Source of the DNA: a virus
Length of the DNA stretch: 64,000 bases
Direction: 5' to 3' (one strand)
IMG/VR virus record: IMGVR_UViG_3300026183_000827
The translations under genes and the position numbers were made by a program. The stretch's first letter is position 1, and each line of letters starts with the position of its first letter. The notes under the pieces are model-generated. The model searched no databases. It worked only from the letters and a program-made list of their open reading frames with translations, and was not told where the DNA came from. Positions 26,017-34,972 of this stretch are shown here, one piece after another.

Positions 26017-26478
26017 ATGCAAGAACGATATTATGAATATATGAAACGTAGAATGAAAGAAGAAGATAAAAAAATGTCAATGCAAAATGCAGAACGTAGT
26101 ATTTGGGTAACCTTTTCAAAAGAAGGGGTACATATGTACCCAGGTGCTGACACAGATCCTAAACTAGCAACTGGCGATTGGGATGATGTATCATTCCTTG
26201 GTATTCCACATCGTCATATTTTCCACTTTCGTGTTCGTATTGAAGTATTTCATAACGATCGCGACATTGAATTCATTCAGTTTAAACGCTGGATGGAACG
26301 GTTGTATGCAGAAGTAGATAGTTCTACAGCAGTACTACAACTTAACCACAAGTCATGTGAGATGATTGCAGATGACTTGTATCAAGAAATTTCTAACAAA
26401 TATCCAGGCCGGTTTGTAGAAATTAGTGTTGCTGAAGACAACGAAAACGGCTGTTCAATTTTTTACCCAAGGTCATAA
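26017..26478 (+). CDS. dpdL: T-fold QueD-like protein, probably DpdL-type CDG decarboxylase
   Basis: LGIPHRHIF (LxxxHRHxF) in place of the QueD CxxxHGH motif; SCEMIA and VAEDNENG T-fold features. Motif assignment is from recall and needs an HMM check. Confidence 0.6.
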   Translation: MQERYYEYMKRRMKEEDKKMSMQNAERSIWVTFSKEGVHMYPGADTDPKLATGDWDDVSFLGIPHRHIFHFRVRIEVFHNDRDIEFIQFKRWMERLYAEVDSSTAVLQLNHKSCEMIADDLYQEISNKYPGRFVEISVAEDNENGCSIFYPRS

Positions 26479-26500
26479 CCATCATAAGAGGATTATTAAA

Positions 26501-26707
26501 ATGGCTAATAACTTTCCACCGGTACAAAAGATTTTTGACGACTTGGACAAGTTTCGCGACTATTGTCGCTTTGAAGGCAAGCCCTTCAATGAAGCAGATT
26601 TATACAACGATAAATCATGGGTTTGGGGTGCATACAAAAAGCACCAAGGTTGGTTGAGAGCTAAAGCTCGAAATAATAATAGGAATCAAGTACAAAGGAG
26701 AAGCTAA
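26501..26707 (+). CDS. Hypothetical protein
   Basis: GAGGA SD, start moved to ATG 26501. Confidence 0.7.
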   Translation: MANNFPPVQKIFDDLDKFRDYCRFEGKPFNEADLYNDKSWVWGAYKKHQGWLRAKARNNNRNQVQRRS

Positions 26708-27792
26708 TGACAATTTATATCGTAGACATTGAAGCAGTAGACACACGTTACACAAAGCAGTGGAAGGACTTTCTTCCTACGCAACTGCAACATGCTACGA
26801 ATAATGAAGTTGTTGTAATTAGTGGAGGGGAAACGCCTCAGGCAACTACGCCTGGGGCTTTTCTTAACTTTGGTGGAACCAATGTGTACAAGAGCAAACA
26901 GCTCGAACAAATTGGTGAAATGTTTTGCAAAGGAGAAATTAAAGATGGAGATTATTTCCTATATACGGATGCGTGGAACCCAACTGTTATCCAGTTGCGC
27001 TACATGGCTGAACTCCTTGGGGTCGACATTAGAATTGGTGGTCTTTGGCATGCTGGTTCTTATGATCCACATGATTTCCTAGGTAGGCTCATAGGCGATA
27101 AGCCTTGGGTCAGACATGCTGAAAAAAGCATGTACTACACATACGATAACAACTTCTTTGCAACAGATTTTCATATCGATATGTTTGTTGATACTATTTT
27201 AGATAAAAATAATAATGATCACTGGACAACTGAAGAAGTAATAGATTTTTACGAAACAACTCAACGTGTAGGTTGGCCTATGGAGTATCTAAAAGAAAGC
27301 CTTGTTACTTACAGCGGTATGGACAAACGCAATCTTATACTCTTTCCGCATCGCATTGCTCCAGAAAAACAAGTTGATATCTTCCGTGATCTATCAGAGC
27401 AACTTCCTGAATATGAATTTGTAGTGTGCCAAGAACGTGAACTTACTAAGAACGAATATCACAACTTGCTAGGCGAAGCTAAAATGGTGTTCTCAGCTAA
27501 CTTGCAGGAAACACTTGGTATTAGTTGGTATGAAGGCGCACTTGTAAATGCTATTCCAATGGTTCCTGATAGACTGAGTTATACAGAAATGGCACTGCCT
27601 GAGTTTAAGTATCCTAGTGTGTGGACTGAAGACTTTGCTAGTTATCGCAAACATAGAGGAGAAGTTGTTGCTAAGATTCGTGACTATATGGAAAACTATG
27701 ACGATTACCTTGTAAGTTTAGACAAGCAACGAACTAAACTAAACAAAGATTTCTTTAGCGGAGCAGCATTGTATGACGCAATCAAAGGATGA
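26707..27792 (+). CDS. GT-B (GT4-like) glycosyltransferase
   Basis: FPHRIAPEK and ETLGISWYEG (Ex7E) nucleotide-sugar-binding motifs. Confidence 0.8.
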   Translation: MTIYIVDIEAVDTRYTKQWKDFLPTQLQHATNNEVVVISGGETPQATTPGAFLNFGGTNVYKSKQLEQIGEMFCKGEIKDGDYFLYTDAWNPTVIQLRYMAELLGVDIRIGGLWHAGSYDPHDFLGRLIGDKPWVRHAEKSMYYTYDNNFFATDFHIDMFVDTILDKNNNDHWTTEEVIDFYETTQRVGWPMEYLKESLVTYSGMDKRNLILFPHRIAPEKQVDIFRDLSEQLPEYEFVVCQERELTKNEYHNLLGEAKMVFSANLQETLGISWYEGALVNAIPMVPDRLSYTEMALPEFKYPSVWTEDFASYRKHRGEVVAKIRDYMENYDDYLVSLDKQRTKLNKDFFSGAALYDAIKG

Positions 27793-28186
27793 TACATTTA
27801 CTATAGATATTAGTGATTTAAAGTTAGATGATATCTTAGATACTTCTGATAATATTACACTCGATCTAGGTGATATTAACATGGGTACTACTACAACGTA
27901 TTGGGCAGGCGATAGTGTAACTGATATAACTATGTCTACTGGCGATGGTACATTTACACTAACAAGCAATGATACCATTACAATAGACGGGCATAATACT
28001 GAGTTTAACACAGATTGGATTTATAATTATAACCAAATTGACCCAGATAAAGTTGAACGTATGTGTAAACAGTATCCAGCACTAGAAAAAGTTTGGCGCA
28101 ACTTTAAAAGCGTATACGATATGGTTAAACAAGATTACGAAGGTAAGAAAAAAGCAGGAGAAATAGACGATGACCTTCCGTTCTAA
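27773..28186 (+). CDS. Hypothetical protein
   Basis: T/D-rich N-terminus, YPALEKVW...YDMVK C-terminus. Confidence 0.7.
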   Translation: MTQSKDDTFTIDISDLKLDDILDTSDNITLDLGDINMGTTTTYWAGDSVTDITMSTGDGTFTLTSNDTITIDGHNTEFNTDWIYNYNQIDPDKVERMCKQYPALEKVWRNFKSVYDMVKQDYEGKKKAGEIDDDLPF

Positions 28187-28607
28187 ATTTTTAAACTGGC
28201 TAGAGAAATTAGGTCGTAAAAGAGTTATAATGGATAGACACAATAACGAGCCATACCTAACTAGGTATTACTTGTTTTTAAAAGAAAGGAAATGGTTTCC
28301 TTTTAACATTTTTTTACACAATTTCCACAAAGGAGACTTAGATGATTTACATGATCACCCTTGGCCTTTTATCACTTTTATCATTAAAGGTGGTTATTGG
28401 GAACATACACCAAATGGCCGTTTTTGGCGCGGCGCAGGCACGTTACGGATTGCCAGCTGTCATAGCCTTCACCGTGTTGAGCTTGAACCTGGCGTTGATG
28501 TATGGACTTTATTCATCCCAGGTCCTAAGCTAAGAGATTGGGGATTCTTACGTAAAGGCGAATGGATTCAACACGAGCAATATATGAGAGAAAAATATGA
28601 ACGTTAA
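28170..28607 (+). CDS. Cupin-fold protein
   Basis: LHDHPW...GGYWE...HRVEL. Confidence 0.7.
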   Translation: MTFRSKFLNWLEKLGRKRVIMDRHNNEPYLTRYYLFLKERKWFPFNIFLHNFHKGDLDDLHDHPWPFITFIIKGGYWEHTPNGRFWRGAGTLRIASCHSLHRVELEPGVDVWTLFIPGPKLRDWGFLRKGEWIQHEQYMREKYER

Positions 28608-29163
28608 AAAGCACTATTATTCGTGGCAGGATGTAGAACGTGCTTGCCTAAACATTGCATTACAAATGTATAACGACAACTGGAAGCCTGACTATATTGT
28701 AGGTATTACTCGAGGCGGCAACGTACCTGCTACTATTTTATCTAATATGTTAGGTGTACGTTGCGAAGCACTAAAGGTTAGTTTGCGTGATAACTACGAC
28801 GGTGAAAGCAGTGAATCTAACTGCTGGATGGCAGAAGATGCGTTTGGCTATATTCCTATAGAAGAACAAGAAACTTGTCGCTGGGATAATAAACTACGCA
28901 AGAACATTCTTATTGTAGACGATATCAACGATACTGGTGCTACATTCAACTGGATTAAACAGGACTGGATGAGCGGATGTTTGCCCAATGAAGAAGATGC
29001 GTGGAACAGTGTTTGGGGTGGACAAAATCCTAATGTTCGATTTGCTGTTATTACAGAAAATCTTTCTAGCAACTTTGATGGTGTACGTTATTACGTACAC
29101 GAAGTTAATAAAGCAGAAGAAGATGTTTGGCTTGTATATCCTTGGGAGAATGTAGGGAAATGA
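28597..29163 (+). CDS. Type I purine phosphoribosyltransferase (Gpt-like)
   Basis: VGITRGG, PRPP loop ILIVDDINDTGAT, WLVYPWE. Confidence 0.88.
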   Translation: MNVKKHYYSWQDVERACLNIALQMYNDNWKPDYIVGITRGGNVPATILSNMLGVRCEALKVSLRDNYDGESSESNCWMAEDAFGYIPIEEQETCRWDNKLRKNILIVDDINDTGATFNWIKQDWMSGCLPNEEDAWNSVWGGQNPNVRFAVITENLSSNFDGVRYYVHEVNKAEEDVWLVYPWENVGK

Positions 29164-29363
29164 ACGAAAAAGAACGACAAGATAAATTAAATTATCTCAA
29201 AGGTTTAGAGAGTAGTATACAAGCAAGACTTGAAGAGCTAAAAGAAGCACAAGAAAACAATGCAAAAGGTAATCATATAAACAGTATTCAATCTGGAATT
29301 TTTGCAAGACGTAGACAGATTGCGAAACTAAAAAGAGAATTAGGCATTGAAAGAAAGAACTAA
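29160..29363 (+). CDS. Small coiled-coil hypothetical protein
   Basis: Start moved to ATG 29160 (ATGA overlap). Confidence 0.6.
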   Translation: MNEKERQDKLNYLKGLESSIQARLEELKEAQENNAKGNHINSIQSGIFARRRQIAKLKRELGIERKN

Positions 29364-29374
29364 GGAGTCGTAAA

Positions 29375-30100
29375 ATGGCAACAACAGAAGAAAAGGTAGA
29401 ACTAGTAGAAACAATCAAAGGTCCACGATACTACCGCATTCACATTTCAGGATACGGTGGCGAAGCGGCTTATATGAGCATTACAAAAGAAGCACACGAC
29501 TTTTGGCAACCTATTTGCGAAGAACACGGTGACAGTGACTTTGTTAACTATCTTGTATCAGACGAGGATGAAGAAGAATACGAAAACATCGATAGTGTCC
29601 CGCCTGAAGCAGACTTTCTAACTAGTTATGGCGCCGACGATTACAAGTCATCTTGGTACGAAGCACCATCTGAATATGAGCATCAATGGGGTGTTGAAAT
29701 TGGTAGTGCATATATGGACATTGACGAAGTAGACAGCGATGACTATAGTGCAAACGTTGTTCGTGAAGTAATGAATCGTGAAGGTGTACAAGACTTGTGT
29801 GAACGAATTGGTGAAGAAACAGATTGGAATGTAGAAATGTGGGATTCACAAGAGTGTTATGCTGGTGAAGATGTAGAGTATATTGCACAGATGTATTCAA
29901 GTGAAAAAGGGTCGTTCTTTGATGGCGTAATTGAAACCGTAGGAGAGTTTGATCCTAAGAAACTTGAGTTTCATTGTAGCGAATATGACAACGGCGAAGA
30001 ATGTATTACATCAATTGTATATGACGGTGTTGAAATTGATAATAATGGTGGCGATACTAACGGAAAAGGCTACTACGCAAGTGTATGGAAAAATAATTAA
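29375..30100 (+). CDS. Highly acidic hypothetical protein
   Basis: AAGGAG SD; 241 aa, D/E-rich. Confidence 0.75.
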   Translation: MATTEEKVELVETIKGPRYYRIHISGYGGEAAYMSITKEAHDFWQPICEEHGDSDFVNYLVSDEDEEEYENIDSVPPEADFLTSYGADDYKSSWYEAPSEYEHQWGVEIGSAYMDIDEVDSDDYSANVVREVMNREGVQDLCERIGEETDWNVEMWDSQECYAGEDVEYIAQMYSSEKGSFFDGVIETVGEFDPKKLEFHCSEYDNGEECITSIVYDGVEIDNNGGDTNGKGYYASVWKNN

Positions 30101-30525
30101 TGATTGATACTTTAGAAAAAGCTCAACAAGAAGGTCGTGCACCTTGGACTGATGTAGAATATAACACAAAGGATTTTGTTGTATACAAAGACAAGTTTCC
30201 AGTTACAGAAGGTCATACATTAGTTGTTCCAAAACAAAACACTGTAGATGACATCATGCGTTGTTTTAAATTTGCTGTAGAAATGGGCAATCAAAATGTT
30301 CAAAGTTTAGCAAATAATATTACAGGTTATAATGTAGGAATTAATGCAGGAGAAAGTGCGGGACAAACTTGCATGTATCCCCATGTACATTTAATATTCC
30401 GTAGACACGGAGATTGCGAAAATCCAAAAGGAGGTATACGTCATTGTGTTCCCGGTAAAGGAGATTATACTAGACTTTCTTCTGGATTTACAGAATATGA
30501 TATAAGCACTCTTGAAAGGACGTAA
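30100..30525 (+). CDS. HIT-family nucleotide hydrolase
   Basis: DKFPVTEGHTLVVPK, AGQT...PHVHLI. Confidence 0.88.
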   Translation: MIDTLEKAQQEGRAPWTDVEYNTKDFVVYKDKFPVTEGHTLVVPKQNTVDDIMRCFKFAVEMGNQNVQSLANNITGYNVGINAGESAGQTCMYPHVHLIFRRHGDCENPKGGIRHCVPGKGDYTRLSSGFTEYDISTLERT

Positions 30526-31209
30526 ATGAATACTGTACCAATTCCAGATAAAGTTATAGAATTTAATCCTTTAAAAATGGATAACGAAGTTCTAGTAGAT
30601 GATTATCTATGGCTATTTAAATTTGACGATATTGATAATAACAAATTGTTACAGACCTGTTTTGATGTAGGAAATTATATAGATGATAATTTTCCTCCTG
30701 TTCCTGATACAGGAGTTTATGGATGTCCAACATCCTATTACCACGGACATTATAATCTTTTTAGTTTTCCCAGTACTGAATTATATAAGCTATACAATAA
30801 TATGGCTAAAAAATTATATTCAGTGATGAGAGAAGATGATTATTACATACGGTGTTGGGTTAATTTATTTGAACCTGGTCAAAATATAGATTGGCACAAA
30901 CATTGGGGTAAAGATAGTAGAGCTTATCACGGATTTTATTGTGTTAATGTAGAAGGCGAAAATCATTCTTATACAGACTATCTTATAAAAGGGTACTGGG
31001 ATAATCGATTTAGAGTATTAAGTAAGAATGGATATTGTGTATTTGGAAAATCTGAAGATGATTTGCATAGAGCTTCGCCCTGGGAAAATGATGGTTATAG
31101 AGTTACTATAGCATTTGACGTAGGGCCAATATCAGTTTTACAAACGCAAAATGGGTATATGACTGACAAGCCTCATGATTTAATACCTTTAATTAAAAAA
31201 AATGTTTGA
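30526..31209 (+). CDS. Putative 2OG-Fe(II) oxygenase
   Basis: WVN...WHKH...LHR...RVTIAFD. Confidence 0.6.
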   Translation: MNTVPIPDKVIEFNPLKMDNEVLVDDYLWLFKFDDIDNNKLLQTCFDVGNYIDDNFPPVPDTGVYGCPTSYYHGHYNLFSFPSTELYKLYNNMAKKLYSVMREDDYYIRCWVNLFEPGQNIDWHKHWGKDSRAYHGFYCVNVEGENHSYTDYLIKGYWDNRFRVLSKNGYCVFGKSEDDLHRASPWENDGYRVTIAFDVGPISVLQTQNGYMTDKPHDLIPLIKKNV

Positions 31210-31234
31210 CAAAAACCTAAATAAAGTATATAAT
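31206..31234 (+). promoter_or_regulatory. Consensus sigma70-like promoter of folE-queE
   Basis: TTGACA-N17-TATAAT. Confidence 0.85.
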
Positions 31235-31243
31235 ATAAACAAT

Positions 31244-31270
31244 AAGACATCCTCGTCTTTAACTCGGAGA
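31244..31270 (+). promoter_or_regulatory. Small hairpin or pseudoknot in the folE 5' UTR
   Basis: AAGAC-ATCCTC-GTCTT stem-loop whose loop is partly complementary to the downstream GGAGA SD. Confidence 0.4.
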
Positions 31271-31277
31271 ATATAAA

Positions 31278-31961
31278 TTGAGCAAAGCAGAACAAATTAA
31301 AGCAAAACTAGAAGATGCTGGTATCCGTTACTGGGCAGGCGATAATATTTCAGAAGTCCTACAAAACGGTGACAAAGAAGCACTTATTGATGATGCTACA
31401 CTAGCATTTGAAGGTGTACTTGATGCACTACTAATTGATCGTCATAACGATCCTAACTCTAAAGGCACAGCAAAACGTCTTGCTAAAATGTACTTTAATG
31501 AGATTATGGCAGGACGTTACGATCCTGCACCAGATGCAACAGCATTTCCAAACGACTCAGATGAACGTTACGAAGGTATGCTTGTAGTGCGTTCTGAACT
31601 TAAAAGTATGTGTTCACATCATCACCAGCCAGTAGCAGGTGTTGCATATATTGGTATTATTGCCGCAGACAAATTAATTGGCTTATCTAAATACACACGT
31701 ATTGCACAGTGGTGTGCTAGACGTGGTACACTGCAAGAAGAACTTGCAAACGACATCGCACGTGAAATCCAAAAAGCAACTGGTGCAGAACACTTAGGTG
31801 TTTACATTCAAGCAACACACGGTTGCTGTGAGAATCGCGGTATTATGGCACATAGTTCATTGACACAAACAACTGTACTTAAAGGTGCGTTTAAAGATGA
31901 TCCCGGTACAAAGAAAGAGTTCTTTGACAACATTAAACTACAACAGGAGTTCAGCTGCTAA
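31278..31961 (+). CDS. folE: GTP cyclohydrolase I
   Basis: SMCSHHHQP, GLSKYTR, LQEEL, HGCCENRG; TTG start after GGAGA. Confidence 0.95.
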   Translation: MSKAEQIKAKLEDAGIRYWAGDNISEVLQNGDKEALIDDATLAFEGVLDALLIDRHNDPNSKGTAKRLAKMYFNEIMAGRYDPAPDATAFPNDSDERYEGMLVVRSELKSMCSHHHQPVAGVAYIGIIAADKLIGLSKYTRIAQWCARRGTLQEELANDIAREIQKATGAEHLGVYIQATHGCCENRGIMAHSSLTQTTVLKGAFKDDPGTKKEFFDNIKLQQEFSC

Positions 31962-32071
31962 TGGGTGATTATATTGCAGTGCGCATAGCACAAGTGTTTA
32001 TTATAGCAGTGTTTGTAATGGGTATGATAGGTTTAGGAATTGAATTGTACACAGGAAGGTTGCCACTATGA
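31961..32071 (+). CDS. Small single-TM peptide (36 aa) between folE and queE
   Basis: MGDYIAVRIAQVFIIAVFVMGMIGLGIELYTGRLPL; coupled at both ends. Confidence 0.55.
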   Translation: MGDYIAVRIAQVFIIAVFVMGMIGLGIELYTGRLPL

Positions 32072-32961
32072 AGCTACGTTATTCAGAAGCATTTTACAGT
32101 GTACAGGGCGAAGGCAAGTTTGTTGGAGTCCCTAGTGTGTTCTTAAGAACTTTTGGTTGTAACTTTCGTTGTATGAACTTTGGCACAGGTGAAACAAAAG
32201 ATCGTTGGACACTACACAAAGAAGGTAAAAAATACAACGATGAAGTTGCAGAACTAATTGCAAAAGATGTTCACAAGACTACAAAAGAGTTTAACGACTT
32301 GCCTATCATCCACACAGGCTGTGACACATATGCAAGTATCTATCCAGAGTTTAAACACTTTAATAAACTTGCAGAAGTAGACGAAGTGGTTGAACATCTT
32401 CTTTCACTTACTCCAGAAGGTAAGTGGACAATGGATAATGGTCAAGACATCCATTTGATATTAACAGGTGGAGAACCTTTGTTAGCGTGGCAAAAGCTCT
32501 ACATAGATTTATTTGAGCATCCAAAGATGCAGGACTTAAAAAATGTTACATTTGAAACAAACACTACACAACGTCTACATGACGATTTCTACAACTATCT
32601 CAACAATCAAACAAGATTTACAGTTACGTGGTCTTGTTCCCCAAAACTTAGTGTTTCAGGAGAACCTTGGGATACTGCTATACTGCCTGCTGTCGCTAGT
32701 CAGTATAGCCATATTAACGGCAGTGACATTTATCTTAAGTTTGTTGTCGCTACTCAAGATGATTTTGACGAAGTTAGCAGGGCTGTGGACGCTTACAAAA
32801 GTGCCGGGCTACAATGTCCAGTATATCTTATGCCGTTGGGTGGACGCAGTGAAGAATATTCCCTCAACGTTAAAGACGTGGCAGAAGCCTGTATGGCGAG
32901 AGGATGGCGATTCACTCCAAGACTCCACATATCGCTATTCGGGAATGCCTGGGGGACTTAG
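32068..32961 (+). CDS. queE: 7-carboxy-7-deazaguanine synthase (radical SAM)
   Basis: FYSVQGEG, FLRTFGCNFRC...GCDT, LTGGEP, ETN, SPKL, RLH. Confidence 0.92.
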   Translation: MKLRYSEAFYSVQGEGKFVGVPSVFLRTFGCNFRCMNFGTGETKDRWTLHKEGKKYNDEVAELIAKDVHKTTKEFNDLPIIHTGCDTYASIYPEFKHFNKLAEVDEVVEHLLSLTPEGKWTMDNGQDIHLILTGGEPLLAWQKLYIDLFEHPKMQDLKNVTFETNTTQRLHDDFYNYLNNQTRFTVTWSCSPKLSVSGEPWDTAILPAVASQYSHINGSDIYLKFVVATQDDFDEVSRAVDAYKSAGLQCPVYLMPLGGRSEEYSLNVKDVAEACMARGWRFTPRLHISLFGNAWGT

Positions 32962-33037
32962 TGAAGAAGATCTTGAAATCCTACGTGGTAAAAAGATCAC
33001 AGAAGAACAATATGAAAAAGTAAGGAGGCAGTTATGA
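32945..33037 (+). CDS. Possible small protein (30 aa, MPGGLSEEDLEILRG...)
   Basis: Fills the gap between queE and the next gene; ATGA overlap downstream. Confidence 0.4.
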   Translation: MPGGLSEEDLEILRGKKITEEQYEKVRRQL

Positions 33038-33417
33038 AAAAATTTTTAAAAGACATAACAGGCATCACAAAAAAAGAAAAAGAACTAGAAGAGCAGGAAA
33101 TGGCTCTTCTTAAAAAGAAAGATCCTAAAGAATATGCCACTAGGCGTAAAGAACCTTGGGTCAGTGTATTAGATGTTAAAGTAAATGAAGATAACGTTCG
33201 CAACGGTTTCTTTGAACTTGACTGGAACAAATACTTTATTGCACAACTAATTGAAAATGGTTACGGTGTAGACAATGATCCAGAAGAAGAAATTGTAGAT
33301 CGTTGGTTCCGTGATATCGTTTACAATATGCTAGAAGCCGAAGGGCAAAGTACTGATAGAGGTGCTGGTTATATTAATGTTGTTCCTATATCAAAAGGCA
33401 AAAGCGAAGTATCATGA
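33034..33417 (+). CDS. Hypothetical protein
   Basis: AAGGAGG SD; GFFELDWN motif. Confidence 0.8.
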   Translation: MKKFLKDITGITKKEKELEEQEMALLKKKDPKEYATRRKEPWVSVLDVKVNEDNVRNGFFELDWNKYFIAQLIENGYGVDNDPEEEIVDRWFRDIVYNMLEAEGQSTDRGAGYINVVPISKGKSEVS

Positions 33418-33456
33418 TTTTTAAAAAGCTCTTTGGATATATTCCTGTTTTTAAAC

Positions 33457-33485
33457 TTGACAAAAGTAAACATAGACAATATAAT
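33457..33485 (+). promoter_or_regulatory. Consensus sigma70-like promoter
   Basis: TTGACA-N17-TATAAT. Confidence 0.8.
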
Positions 33486-33518
33486 AGTTTATATGAAGAC
33501 TTATGTATGTGAGGACAA

Positions 33519-34502
33519 ATGAGCACTTATATTTTAGTAGATACAGCAAACACTTTCTTTAGAGCTCGTCATGTAGTGCGTGGCGATTTGGATACTAAAG
33601 TAGGTATGGCTCTACACATTACACTTAACAGTGTAAAGAAAGCATGGCAAGACTTTAATGCAGATCATGTTGTATTCTGTTTAGAAGGACGCAGTTGGCG
33701 TAAGGACTATTATGAGCCTTACAAGCGTAACAGACAAGAAACTCGTGATGCAATGACTCCTGCACAGCAAGAAGAAGATACTGTGTTTTGGGAAATCTTT
33801 GATGAATTCAAAGACTTTATTGGCACAAAAACTAACTGTACTATGATGCGTCATCCGCAATTAGAAGCAGATGATTTGATTGCTGGTTGGGTACAATCAC
33901 ATCCTAATGACAATCATGTTATTATTAGCACAGACGGTGACTTTGCACAATTGATTGCTCCTAACGTAAAACAGTACAACGGTGTTAGCAATACAACTAT
34001 TACACACGAAGGCTACTTTGACGACAAAGGTAAACCTGTTGTAGATAAGAAAACTAAAGAGCCTAAAGGTGCTCCTGATCCGCAATGGCTACTATTTGAA
34101 AAATGTATGCGAGGTGATACAAGTGACAATGTTTTCTCTGCTTATCCAGGTGTTAGAAAAAAAGGTACAAAGAACAAAGTTGGTCTTATAGAAGCGTTTG
34201 AAGATAAAAGTACAAAAGGCTTCAACTGGAATAATATGATGCTACAGCGTTGGGTTGATCATAATGGTGATGAGCACCGTGTACTAGACGATTACAATCG
34301 CAACGTTACATTGTGTGATTTGTCTGCACAACCTACAGAGATTAGAGAGATAATTAATAACACTATTGCAGAAGTAGAACCTAAGAACATATCACAGGTT
34401 GGTATGCGCCTTATGAAGTTTTGTGCCAAGTGGGATATGCAACGAATTGCAGACCAAGCAGCATCTTTTGCAGAACCTTTACAAGCGAGATACCCTAAAT
34501 GA
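33519..34502 (+). CDS. rnh: 5'-3' exonuclease / T4 RNase H-like flap endonuclease
   Basis: LVD, SWRK...YKRNR, EADDLI, STDGDFAQL, GDTSDNV. Confidence 0.9.
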   Translation: MSTYILVDTANTFFRARHVVRGDLDTKVGMALHITLNSVKKAWQDFNADHVVFCLEGRSWRKDYYEPYKRNRQETRDAMTPAQQEEDTVFWEIFDEFKDFIGTKTNCTMMRHPQLEADDLIAGWVQSHPNDNHVIISTDGDFAQLIAPNVKQYNGVSNTTITHEGYFDDKGKPVVDKKTKEPKGAPDPQWLLFEKCMRGDTSDNVFSAYPGVRKKGTKNKVGLIEAFEDKSTKGFNWNNMMLQRWVDHNGDEHRVLDDYNRNVTLCDLSAQPTEIREIINNTIAEVEPKNISQVGMRLMKFCAKWDMQRIADQAASFAEPLQARYPK

Positions 34503-34972
34503 CATTAAAAGCAAAATCAGTATTAAAAGATAAATTTTGGATTGTTGAAGAAGACGATCAAAGAGTTGGAACACTTTCCTGGAATGACGATCGTTATATG
34601 TTTTCAAGTACAGCAGAGACTTGTTTCTTTGATAACACTCGCCAAATGAAAAAAAAGTTTGGCACAGAAATGATTTTTGTTACTAATGACACAAATATAA
34701 CAACTGTAGACAAAGATAAAATAGTACACGGTTATCCAACAAGTGTAACACCTTTTAATTCTATGTATGATGTAAAAAGAAAACTACCGTTGTTTACAAA
34801 AAGTGACAACTCTAAAAGTATGTATTGTGCGGGATACTATGTAATCTGTTTTGACAAAGGATGGGTTAAATCGTTTTGTCCTAAACTAATTACTGTAGAA
34901 CGTTATAATTTTAAAGGTCCTTTTAAAACAGAATTAGAAATGCGTCAGGAGTTAAGTCGTGTCAACAAATAG
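34499..34972 (+). CDS. Hypothetical protein
   Basis: 157-aa coupled ORF. Confidence 0.75.
   Translation: MTLKAKSVLKDKFWIVEEDDQRVGTLSWNDDRYMFSSTAETCFFDNTRQMKKKFGTEMIFVTNDTNITTVDKDKIVHGYPTSVTPFNSMYDVKRKLPLFTKSDNSKSMYCAGYYVICFDKGWVKSFCPKLITVERYNFKGPFKTELEMRQELSRVNK

Noticed and set aside
32543-33037. 164-aa ORF overlapping queE in another frame (possible frameshift extension)
   Set aside because: QueE ends normally at RLH...GNAWGT; only the last 30 codons look protein-like and are reported as a low-confidence small ORF; no clear slippery site
33414-33512. 32-aa ORF MIFKKLFGYIPVF...
   Set aside because: It spans a consensus promoter and has no supporting motif; it may be incidental
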